A stretch of 64,000 nt of DNA, taken from contig NYYZ01000044.1 of assembly GCA_002686945.1 (NCBI GenBank), positions 18,801 through 82,800 on the forward strand. The letters are read 5' to 3'. The first letter of the stretch is position 1. Every line of letters begins with the position of its first letter. Below are positions 47,101-55,247 of this stretch, piece after piece. The stretch is from Planctomycetota bacterium. GTDB taxonomy: Bacteria; Planctomycetota; UBA1135; GCA-002686595. The notes below the pieces were generated by a model. That model saw only the letters and a list, made by a program, of their open reading frames with translations, had not been told where the DNA came from and made no database searches. A program made the position numbers and the translations under genes.

Positions 47101-47525
47101 GCCGCACGACCGCCTGGTTGATCCACCTCTCCGCCCTGGGGCTGGGAGCCACGGGGATGGTTTATGGCTGGTTGCGCTACTTCACCGATCCCGTGGATGA
47201 GTTTGCGCTCTACAACCACCCCTCGGAACCGGGCCTGCGGGATGTGCATCTGTTGCTGGCGCCCTTATGTCTGTTCCTCTGGGGAGTGATCTGGCGCAGT
47301 CATGTGTGGGCACGATTTCGCGCGGGCATGCAGAAACGCCGACGCACGGGCATAGCCTTGATGGCCTTGGTGCTACCTATGGTGCTATCCGGCTACATGT
47401 TGCAAGTAGCAGTAGATGAGTCCCTGCGCCAGCTTTGGATCTGGACCCACGGGATCACTGGAAGCGGCTGGATCCTGCTTTACGCGCTGCACCAACTTGG
47501 GCCTCGCAGTCAGGAAGCAAGCTAA
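47097..47525 (+). CDS. Small 4-TM His-rich membrane protein (DUF4405/cytochrome-b-like candidate)
   Basis: GTG 47097 overlaps the upstream stop (GTGA). Four hydrophobic helices are present. His residues lie near both membrane faces (LIHLSA; VHLLL...WRSHVW; WTHGITGSGWILLYALHQL, which is H-x13-H). Confidence 0.55.
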   Translation: MSRTTAWLIHLSALGLGATGMVYGWLRYFTDPVDEFALYNHPSEPGLRDVHLLLAPLCLFLWGVIWRSHVWARFRAGMQKRRRTGIALMALVLPMVLSGYMLQVAVDESLRQLWIWTHGITGSGWILLYALHQLGPRSQEAS

Positions 47526-48427
47526 CCCTCGCGGGTCAGGCCCAGGAAACGCTCGATCGCCCGGCCGGTACGATGCCAGGGACCTTCCCGCTCAAGGATC
47601 TGGACTACCGCGCGCATCAACATCTTACGTCGTTGCGAATCTGACTCATAAGCAACCATGAAGCGCGCAAGATCCGAGGCAGATAGGAGGCTGCCTGCGG
47701 GGTAACGACCAAGAATCCAGCGCATCAAGCGGGCCAGATTCTTCTTCGCCACCTGATCCATGCCCCTGTCAAGCAAACGGCAACGATCAAGATCGATGAT
47801 CCAAATCTTTGTGGGTTCTGGGCCCTTGAGATCTAGCGGCTCAACCAAGAGATTCGCGGGCTGCAGATCCACATGGTCAAGTCCCAAACGATGGGCTTCC
47901 CCCAAGGCCTGACCTGTGCTGGTCAACAATTTACGCCAGGCGCTCCTCTCCAGTTCACCCCGCAAGCGCTCTGCCAGCATTGCGCGCAGGTCGCGTGTAC
48001 CCTTCACGAGACGCATGCCCACCTCCAATTGCCAGGACCTGGGTCCTTGATGGAGGGCGCGCAGGGAAACCAACTCGGGCACCGCGACCCCACGCCGGGC
48101 GAGTTCCAAAGTCAGCCCGACCTCATCCAGTAAGCGACCTGGATCTTTGAATCGCTCACCAGTGATCGCGCGCAGGAGACCCCCGTGCACATAGCGGCGA
48201 ACGAGCACCAGCCCACACTCATGATCCAAGGTCGCCGGGGGCCGACGACCAGGGCTGTCGTATTGGCCCCGGGGGCCGTCGCCTTCAAGGCCGTAGCCCA
48301 AGTCCGAGAAGCCAGCGGCCCAATCCGGAGCGCAGCCAAAGAAACTCTCCCCTCGACGGACCAAAGTCCAGTCAGGGGGCGAGTTGATCTCGCGGCCGTT
48401 GGAGGTTGCTCCGTGGATCACGGGCAA
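47522..48427 (-). CDS. Lipopolysaccharide kinase (Kdo/WaaP/InaA) family protein, KdkA-like
   Basis: VLVRRYVHGGLL, a catalytic-loop-like GLDHVDLQPANLLV, and IWIIDLDRCR are present. The start is non-ATG (TTG 48427 or GTG 48421). Its stop overlaps the convergent gene's stop. Confidence 0.65.
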   Translation of the reverse strand: MPVIHGATSNGREINSPPDWTLVRRGESFFGCAPDWAAGFSDLGYGLEGDGPRGQYDSPGRRPPATLDHECGLVLVRRYVHGGLLRAITGERFKDPGRLLDEVGLTLELARRGVAVPELVSLRALHQGPRSWQLEVGMRLVKGTRDLRAMLAERLRGELERSAWRKLLTSTGQALGEAHRLGLDHVDLQPANLLVEPLDLKGPEPTKIWIIDLDRCRLLDRGMDQVAKKNLARLMRWILGRYPAGSLLSASDLARFMVAYESDSQRRKMLMRAVVQILEREGPWHRTGRAIERFLGLTREG

Positions 48428-48462
48428 AGAAAGGGCTTGGGTTGCAGAGACCCGAGCAGAAA

Positions 48463-49467
48463 CTACTCGAGGCCAGCTCCAAAGCTGGCCGGAGGTGAAG
48501 CGGACGCTTCTGTTTCCTGTTCGGGGGCAGGCTCGGGGGCGGACTGTGCTTTCGGCGCGCGCTCTCTTGCGGGTGCCTCGGCTGAATCGTTGTGGGAATC
48601 ATCTTGGGATTCCAAAGTCGGTTCCGTAGAGACTTCGTCAGGAGAATCTCCGGAGGGATCATCCACGCCCCGACCAAAACCACCGGCAGGCTCGCGCTTG
48701 GCGGCAGGCTTGCGGTCCTTGGGCGCAGGACGCTTCTCGTCGCGATCACTGCCACGATCATTGTCGCGATCATTGTCACGGTCTCTCGCACGGTCCTCTC
48801 GGTTCCGACCTCGACCTCGGTCATCATTTCGATCTCGGCCGCGACCACGGCCACGGCCTTGACCCCTGCGCCCACGCCCACGCCCGCCGAAACCTTCCCG
48901 CTCGACCCCATCGTCGTACTCATCAATATCGTCGATGAACTCAGTAGGGATCTCCTCGGAAAGAAAAATCGCGCCACGGTCATAGAAATCGATACCGTCT
49001 TCCCAGGCGTCGCCCGCCAAGACACAGATCACCGCATAGCGCCGATCCAGGCGACGGCCAACCTCCCGGGCCTCCTCCTCGGTGAGGGACAGGTGAATGT
49101 GCGAACGACGCACACTTTTGAGGCCGTCACGCTCAACGTTGGGCACATCCCGGCCACGCACAGTGGCAAACAACTCGTCCGGCGGTTCGTCCGGTTCCCC
49201 GGGATCCACCTCGATCGAGTGGCCATAAAGGGCGCGAATGCGACCATCCTTGATCTCGTATCGTGCACGGTCGGCCCCAGCCAGGGCCTCGTTCACGTCT
49301 TCCTCTTCAACCGACTCGCCGAGCCGCTCATTGAGGGCCCGAACAACATCGTCCAGGTTACCCCAGCCGAACTTGTCGAGTTCCAGATCGAATTCTTCCG
49401 GCTGGTGCCGGAGCATGTATGCCAGCGAACGGGTCAGACGCTCGTGGAGAGAAAATTCAGTTTCCAT
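48463..49467 (-). CDS. kptA: RNA 2'-phosphotransferase Tpt1/KptA fused to a ~150-aa RG/RD-rich disordered tail
   Basis: LTRSLAYMLRHQPEEFDLELDKFGW, DGRIRALYGHS and RRSHIHLS preserve the R-H...R...R catalytic tetrad. After ~185 aa comes GGRGRGRRGQGRGRGRGRDRNDDRGRGRNREDRARDRDNDRDNDRGSDRDEKR..., then an acidic/Pro-rich end. Confidence 0.8.
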   Translation of the reverse strand: METEFSLHERLTRSLAYMLRHQPEEFDLELDKFGWGNLDDVVRALNERLGESVEEEDVNEALAGADRARYEIKDGRIRALYGHSIEVDPGEPDEPPDELFATVRGRDVPNVERDGLKSVRRSHIHLSLTEEEAREVGRRLDRRYAVICVLAGDAWEDGIDFYDRGAIFLSEEIPTEFIDDIDEYDDGVEREGFGGRGRGRRGQGRGRGRGRDRNDDRGRGRNREDRARDRDNDRDNDRGSDRDEKRPAPKDRKPAAKREPAGGFGRGVDDPSGDSPDEVSTEPTLESQDDSHNDSAEAPARERAPKAQSAPEPAPEQETEASASPPASFGAGLE

Positions 49468-49521
49468 CACGGGGGATTGTATCCAACTGACCGCCCGTCC
49501 GCACGGATCCAGGCGCTCCCA

Positions 49522-51135
49522 TCAGGCACCCACGACGGGCTCAAGGGGCCCCTCCTCGCCCTCGCTACGGGAAACAACAGCCGCCGCACAGGTGTCTGAC
49601 CATACATTGACCACCGTGCGAAGCATGTCCAACGGCCGATCCACCGCCAGCAGCAGGGCCGCGCCCTCAACCGGCAGGCGCAGGGCAGCCAGGATGGTCA
49701 GCATCATCACCAGCCCAGCAGAGGGGATGCCCGCCGCCCCCACGCTGGCCAGGAGGGCCAGAATCACCACAAAGGCCTGCTGTCCAATGCCCAGGGGATT
49801 ACCCCCCACCGAGGCGTAGTACTGCGCCAGGAAGATCACCCCAATGCACTCATACAGGGCGGTGCCATCCATGTTGACCGTGGCGCCCAGGGGCAGGGTG
49901 AATGAGGTCACCTTGTTGCTGACCCGCCCCCGGTGCTCAACGGTTTCCATGGTGACCGGCAGGGTCATGCTGGACGAACTGGTGGAGAAGGCGGTGAAGA
50001 GAGCCGGTGCCATGGCCTTGGCCCACTTGATGGGAGATACCTTCGCCAAGAAGCTCAATAGGAGGGGCAAGGTCACAAGGGCGTGCACCAGAAGCGCCAG
50101 GGTCACCACAAACATATACAGCAGCAGCGCCTTGAAAGGCGCCAGGCCAGTCGTCGCGACCACCTTGACCATCAGCGCAAAGACGCCATAGGGCAGCAGA
50201 GCCAGGACGCCCTTGGCCATGCTCATCATGACCTCCAGAAACGATGCAAAGACCTCGCGGATACGTTTGCCGTGAGGATCAGGAGTGCGGGTAATCGAAT
50301 ACCCAAGGACCAGAGCGAAGAAGATGATCGATAGCATGGCCCCGTTGTCCTGCAAGGAGCTGAAGATGTTTGGAGGCACCATGCGCTTGACCACTTCGAT
50401 GAACTCTCGCAGGCCGCCGCCCTCGGGTACTACATCGGGCATCACCAATCCCAGGCGAGCTCCCTCACCAGGTACAAAGACATTGACGAGGATCTGACCC
50501 ACCATGATCGCAAGCAGGCTCGTCAGCATGTAGTAGAAGAAGGTCTTCTTGCCCAAGCGGCGCAGATCTTTCATGCCCCCCACTCCGGCCACACCGGAGA
50601 CGATAGAGGCCAACACCAAGGGCACGATCAGCATCTTCAAGAGAGCAATGAACACATCCGCCACCAGAGCAAAAGGGTAGATCCAGTTGTCCCGGGGAGA
50701 ATCCGGTTCAATGGCTACGGCTATGGGACGGGCCCCTGCCTCCTCCTTTGACCAGGTCCCCTCCTGATCCTGCCCCTCGCGAGATGGGAAGAACCAGATC
50801 ACCTCCCCATTTGAAGTCCTCTCCAAAGCCTGCTGCACATGCATGGGAGTCGCAAGCGCAACATCATCATCTGGACCGCGCTCTTTCGCACCCCGATTCA
50901 AGACGGCCAGCCGCCAGGTGCTGCCTACTGTAAGTCCCGCCTTGGCAGCGGGACTGCCGGCCCTGATGGAGACCGCACGCACGCCGCCATCGGGGACGCT
51001 CTCGAAACTCGCTCCGATCCAAGCGGGGGCGGCCAAGGTGGCCTGCATCACGAGGCCCACGGCAGCTCCAAGAGCCATGCCGATCAGGACCTTCCAGTGG
51101 AGGGCGGACTTTTTGGGACTGGAATCGGGGTTCAT
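49522..51135 (-). CDS. Dicarboxylate/amino acid:cation symporter (DAACS) with a PDZ-like insertion after TM1
   Basis: The DAACS motifs STSSSSMTLPVTME, NMDGTALYE and AAGIPSAG are present. Between TM1 and TM2 lie ~150 aa containing VSIRAGSPAAKAGLTVGSTWRLAVLN (PDZ carboxylate-loop-like). ATG 51135 was chosen over the upstream ORF-track start. Confidence 0.8.
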   Translation of the reverse strand: MNPDSSPKKSALHWKVLIGMALGAAVGLVMQATLAAPAWIGASFESVPDGGVRAVSIRAGSPAAKAGLTVGSTWRLAVLNRGAKERGPDDDVALATPMHVQQALERTSNGEVIWFFPSREGQDQEGTWSKEEAGARPIAVAIEPDSPRDNWIYPFALVADVFIALLKMLIVPLVLASIVSGVAGVGGMKDLRRLGKKTFFYYMLTSLLAIMVGQILVNVFVPGEGARLGLVMPDVVPEGGGLREFIEVVKRMVPPNIFSSLQDNGAMLSIIFFALVLGYSITRTPDPHGKRIREVFASFLEVMMSMAKGVLALLPYGVFALMVKVVATTGLAPFKALLLYMFVVTLALLVHALVTLPLLLSFLAKVSPIKWAKAMAPALFTAFSTSSSSMTLPVTMETVEHRGRVSNKVTSFTLPLGATVNMDGTALYECIGVIFLAQYYASVGGNPLGIGQQAFVVILALLASVGAAGIPSAGLVMMLTILAALRLPVEGAALLLAVDRPLDMLRTVVNVWSDTCAAAVVSRSEGEEGPLEPVVGA

Positions 51136-51521
51136 ACGCCAAGGGTACAGGCCCTCTTGGTGGCATACACCGTTGAGCTGGGCCAACTTGCCCCCGAGGG
51201 GTCGGCCGGTCAGCTGTACCGATCGTATTTGGAGGCGCGAAGGCCCTTGAGAGTGAATTTCGAATTCTTGCATCCCCCCACAGATTCGGGCGCGGATGCC
51301 AAGGAAATACGGCAGAACGCCGCCTGGGCTCTGGAGCCCCACCCCTCAGGCCGACCGAGCCTCCAGGGGACAAGAGTGCGCGGCCAGAAGCCTCCCCGCA
51401 AGTCGCATCAACCCCTGGGAATCTGACGTTCGATGCGCCAGAAACCCCAGCCCCAACACCACGAACAGGAACAAGCAGAGCGCTTCAGGCCCTACGATCC
51501 TCCCACACTCGAGCATGATGA

Positions 51522-53987
51522 TTACCGCCTCAGCGGATCCAAATCAAACTCAGCAGGCACGGGAACCCCAAGAACATCCAACACCGTTGGTGCTATGTGC
51601 AAGACACTGACACCGTCTTCGGGCACGCTGACCTTCTGATTGCAGAAGAAAATCCCAGTCACCAAGTTCGGAGAGTTGCCAGCGTGATCCCCAGACCAGG
51701 GGTTGGTGTTGTCCCGGTAGATCGGACCAGGACCGATCTCACCATCACGCTCCATCAGCCGCACGCCGCCGGTAACGGTGTTCCAGCCGGCGCGGTAGAA
51801 CTCGTCAAAACCCAGCATGAGGTCTGAACAGGGATAGTCTCTGCTCTGCCATTCACCCGGGTACTTGTCCCAGACGATTTCCGCGTCGCGCACCACGCTG
51901 TTGCCTCCATCAGTGGCGACCACGGCCCGGGCCGCGATATCCTCCAGTACTGCACGGGCATCCCCGAGTGACACAATACCCAGGGGCTCGCGCCCCTCCA
52001 GATTCAGATAGATCATGCCAAGACCCAGGGAGTAGGCCTTGGTGCGAGTCCAATCCACATAGCCGAAACCACCGGACCCATCACGTGTACTGACGCCGTC
52101 CTTGAGGGTCAAAAACCCTTCCTGGATCAACCAGCCGTTGACGTCCATTTGACGGCGGAAGGAGGTGAAACCGTGATCTGCGCACAGAATCAAGGTGTCA
52201 TCGGGCTCGAGGCGTTGCATGACTTCGCCCACCCGGGCGTCCATCTGTCGATAGACCTCTTCAATACACTCAGAGAGGGGCATGTCTTGGCCAAAAAATC
52301 GCACGATGCGCTGGGCCTCTTGTGGATCGTGCATAGGGTGCTCGGGATCCGCATGCGCATAGAGAATGTGCTGCACCCGATCGGTGATGCTGAAGACACT
52401 GAAGAGCAGGCGCCAATCATCCTGATCTATGGCACGCTTGAGCAACCTGCGTCGCCACTCCATCGTGAATTCGATGTCCTCCAGAAAAGTCTGCACATCG
52501 ATGCGCTCGTCCTTCATCTGATTGGTCATGCAAGCCCAGCCGAGGGTCTCAAAGGGATTGCCGAGCCAGCCCTCGAGTTCCCGGGAGAAAACTCTTGGCT
52601 GACTGATCGGCTGCCAAAAGGGAGGCTCACTGGGGTCGATGGCCAATGAGTCCACATAGAGCGTCAAGGGATCTTCAGCCTGTTCTAGCTTGACCCGGGT
52701 GAGGGCATTGACCGTGAGCAGTGGTCCCATTTCGAAAGTCAGGCGATACCAATCAGACCAGCTACCCTGCTGCACGTCCTGCGCCTGACTACCAATAGTG
52801 ATACGTGCGCCACCCTCCAGGGGCTCAACAATCAAGGGCAAGCGAGTGCGGCTGTCCCATGGTTTCTTTGCCATGTTGTCCAACAGGTCGCTGGCGGCCC
52901 GTTTCTCATCCTGGAGTTTCTGGCTGTCCTTCCAGGAGAGCCCCTTCTCCATCAGGCCTTCTTCAGCAGCCTGCAGGGAGCGCATGGCGAGGGAACGCCT
53001 GTGCAGATCCGTGGGTCCCCAGACAAAGGACTTGTAAACACCATCCCCATCAGCCGCAAGTTGGAAGATCGTACCTGAGCCCGTTGAGCCGGCGCGTTCG
53101 CCCTTGGGCCCCGGGTCGAACCAAATGTCATCGCTGGAATAGATGAACCACTCTCCACTGATGCCACCACGCACATCCGGCAAACCCAGACCACCAAGCA
53201 CTCGAGTGTTTTTTGCGTGGGGCCGATCGAAGGCCAGAGCCGCGTCCAAGACCAAAGCAGGCGCGCCCGCCTCGCCCGCGTAATCCCAAAATCCGGGCAC
53301 GCGCACGTTGTTTCGGTAGATCAGAGGCACGTCAAGGGGAACATTGTCCTTGGCGGACATGGCCGCATAGCCTCCGAAGAGACCGATTACCAGAGCCAGA
53401 ACCGCGCTCAGCCCACGACCGACCCGCAGTACCAATCCCAACAGGACAAAAACCACCAGGACCACAGAAAGGCCAGCTAAGAGGGCCAGCTCCGTTGCCG
53501 ACTTGCCGAGCACGAAGCCGAGCACGCCGCCAATTTTGTCGCCGCGCTCCTCAAGCCGCTTCATCAACTCTTCCACCGGAACGTCTCGTTCCTGAGTGAT
53601 GTGCGCCACTCCAGGAATCGGGGAATTGCCTCTGATCTTGCGATTGATGAAACTAGCAACGCCGTTCTTGGTCGGGTTCTGACCCGTGTTGATCGCAGCC
53701 CAGCCCGCGGCGGACTCTGCAGGGTTGGTGGAGTGCAGGGGCGCAAACGTCCCGTCGGTGCTCAGAGCCTTGAGATTCGGCAGCTGACCGTCGTCAATCA
53801 AACGCCGGGTGGTTCGGTAGTCCGCGCCATCGAAGCCCAGCACGAGGACGCGACCCTCCTGAGCCCTGGCCGACTCGCTCACACGGGGAGCCATCGAATC
53901 CAGCCCAACCGGAGTGAAGTCCGAAGGTTCAGAAGTAAGCTCCGTGGGCGGGAGCAGCGCAAGAATGAGAAGAAGTGGCTGGATCAT
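51522..53987 (-). CDS. Alkaline-phosphatase-superfamily (type I phosphodiesterase/nucleotide pyrophosphatase-like) protein with an internal TM hairpin (821 aa)
   Basis: VLVLGFDGADY, LILCADHGF and WSGDH are metal-site-type motifs. A signal peptide is present. An internal hydrophobic pair is seen (LALLAGLSVVLVVFVLLGLVL and LSAVLALVIGLFGGYAAM). Confidence 0.65.
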   Translation of the reverse strand: MIQPLLLILALLPPTELTSEPSDFTPVGLDSMAPRVSESARAQEGRVLVLGFDGADYRTTRRLIDDGQLPNLKALSTDGTFAPLHSTNPAESAAGWAAINTGQNPTKNGVASFINRKIRGNSPIPGVAHITQERDVPVEELMKRLEERGDKIGGVLGFVLGKSATELALLAGLSVVLVVFVLLGLVLRVGRGLSAVLALVIGLFGGYAAMSAKDNVPLDVPLIYRNNVRVPGFWDYAGEAGAPALVLDAALAFDRPHAKNTRVLGGLGLPDVRGGISGEWFIYSSDDIWFDPGPKGERAGSTGSGTIFQLAADGDGVYKSFVWGPTDLHRRSLAMRSLQAAEEGLMEKGLSWKDSQKLQDEKRAASDLLDNMAKKPWDSRTRLPLIVEPLEGGARITIGSQAQDVQQGSWSDWYRLTFEMGPLLTVNALTRVKLEQAEDPLTLYVDSLAIDPSEPPFWQPISQPRVFSRELEGWLGNPFETLGWACMTNQMKDERIDVQTFLEDIEFTMEWRRRLLKRAIDQDDWRLLFSVFSITDRVQHILYAHADPEHPMHDPQEAQRIVRFFGQDMPLSECIEEVYRQMDARVGEVMQRLEPDDTLILCADHGFTSFRRQMDVNGWLIQEGFLTLKDGVSTRDGSGGFGYVDWTRTKAYSLGLGMIYLNLEGREPLGIVSLGDARAVLEDIAARAVVATDGGNSVVRDAEIVWDKYPGEWQSRDYPCSDLMLGFDEFYRAGWNTVTGGVRLMERDGEIGPGPIYRDNTNPWSGDHAGNSPNLVTGIFFCNQKVSVPEDGVSVLHIAPTVLDVLGVPVPAEFDLDPLRR

Positions 53988-54025
53988 GAAGTCTAGGGGC
54001 TCGCCGTCCCCCGCTACCGCTAGGA

Positions 54026-54041
54026 TGCAAGCAGCGGGCCT
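54026..54041 (-). promoter_or_regulatory. Candidate sigma-54 promoter upstream of the AP-superfamily gene
   Basis: The minus strand reads aGGCCCG-ctgc-TTGCA, compared with TGGCACG-N4-TTGCW, with correct GG/GC spacing. The -12 GC lies ~40 nt upstream of ATG 53987. Confidence 0.3.
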
Positions 54042-54113
54042 GGCCCGGGTGTCTCTCCCTACTGAGGGGAAGCGGGCCCTGATTGAGCCGACGAGAGTAG
54101 GACCAATACAAGC

Positions 54114-55241
54114 GTGAAGTCAATCCAGAGACAATCCAATACGGGCCGCAGCCACATCCGTGGCAGAGACGGCATAGGCAATGCTGGAGCAATCACTGCT
54201 CTGGGGGCAGTTCTGGTGCTGATCCTACTAGGGTGGAATACCTGGTCCGAATTGCGCGGAGCCCAGCCCCTTGATCCCCTGGAGGGGCCGGCTGAAGACA
54301 CCTCCCCCGGCGACCCACAAATCGGGAGCCCGGACCCCAACGCCCTTCGCATTCAGGGGGGACTCCAGTCCGGGATCGAGTTGCCCTTCAAACGCATGGA
54401 AAAAAGTTTCGCCGGCAGCGGAACTCTGACCGGCGCGGTCTCCTTTGCCCCAGGAATGGCCGTGCCCACAGAATGGACGCTGAGCATCCGGCCCTCGCTC
54501 TTCGCCCTGGGCCGTGACTCGGCCCAAGAACGCACACGGACTCTACCGGGGAACATCACCACCTTCGAGGAGTTTGACCTGCCCATGGGCGGCTATAGGA
54601 TCCAGGCCCTCGCGCAAGGGATGTCCTCCACGGCCCAGGAAGTGATGCTCTATAAGCTCGCCGAGCGCGAAGATCTGCCCGGTGTGAACCGGGTGCACAT
54701 GACGCTGCAGATGGTGCCCAAGGCGAACGTGGAAGGCGTGGTCTATGGCCACACAGGCCAAGGAGCCGGGGACCTCAAGATCACTCTGCAAATGCACGGT
54801 CGCCCAACTCGGCAAACCGTTCGCACGAACTACGCTGGCCTCTGGAATCTGGAAGGCATCGATGAGGGCACCTATGTGTTGCGCCTGGGTCCCTACGAGC
54901 GTCCGTTGATTCCCGAGCGGGAGATTCAGGTGCGACGGCCTATCACGCGCACCGAAGACATCACCCTTCCGCCGCTTTGCACCGTCCGACTACGTGCTGT
55001 AGATGAAACCGATCGACCCATTGAAGGAGCCAGCGTGCGCGGCATGGGGCCCACGCCCATCGATTGTGTGACGGGCTTTGATGGACAAGTCAAAATTCAG
55101 CACCTTGCCCCTGGCGTCTATCAAGTGCGCCTCGATCATCAAGCCAGCGGGCGCAAGGGGCGCGGGGAATTCACGCTCAAGGCCCAACCTGAAGAGCAGG
55201 CTCCCGAGTTGATTTTGGTCCGCTGCCTGAAGGGGAAATAG
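54114..55241 (+). CDS. Membrane-anchored protein with carboxypeptidase-regulatory-like (Ig-like beta-sandwich) domains
   Basis: The start is GTG. An N-terminal TM helix is present (AITALGAVLVLILLGW). Repeated CarboxypepD_reg-like segments are seen (VEGVVYGHTGQGAGDLKITL; VRLRAVDETDRPIEGASVRG). Confidence 0.55.
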   Translation: MKSIQRQSNTGRSHIRGRDGIGNAGAITALGAVLVLILLGWNTWSELRGAQPLDPLEGPAEDTSPGDPQIGSPDPNALRIQGGLQSGIELPFKRMEKSFAGSGTLTGAVSFAPGMAVPTEWTLSIRPSLFALGRDSAQERTRTLPGNITTFEEFDLPMGGYRIQALAQGMSSTAQEVMLYKLAEREDLPGVNRVHMTLQMVPKANVEGVVYGHTGQGAGDLKITLQMHGRPTRQTVRTNYAGLWNLEGIDEGTYVLRLGPYERPLIPEREIQVRRPITRTEDITLPPLCTVRLRAVDETDRPIEGASVRGMGPTPIDCVTGFDGQVKIQHLAPGVYQVRLDHQASGRKGRGEFTLKAQPEEQAPELILVRCLKGK

Positions 55242-55247
55242 GCTCGC

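Noticed and set aside
47522-47525. Convergent genes whose stop codons overlap (plus-strand TAA at 47523-47525, minus-strand TAG at 47522-47524).
   Set aside because: The overlap is real in the sequence, but it is a common consequence of tight packing. It is noted only because it leaves no room for terminators between the two units.
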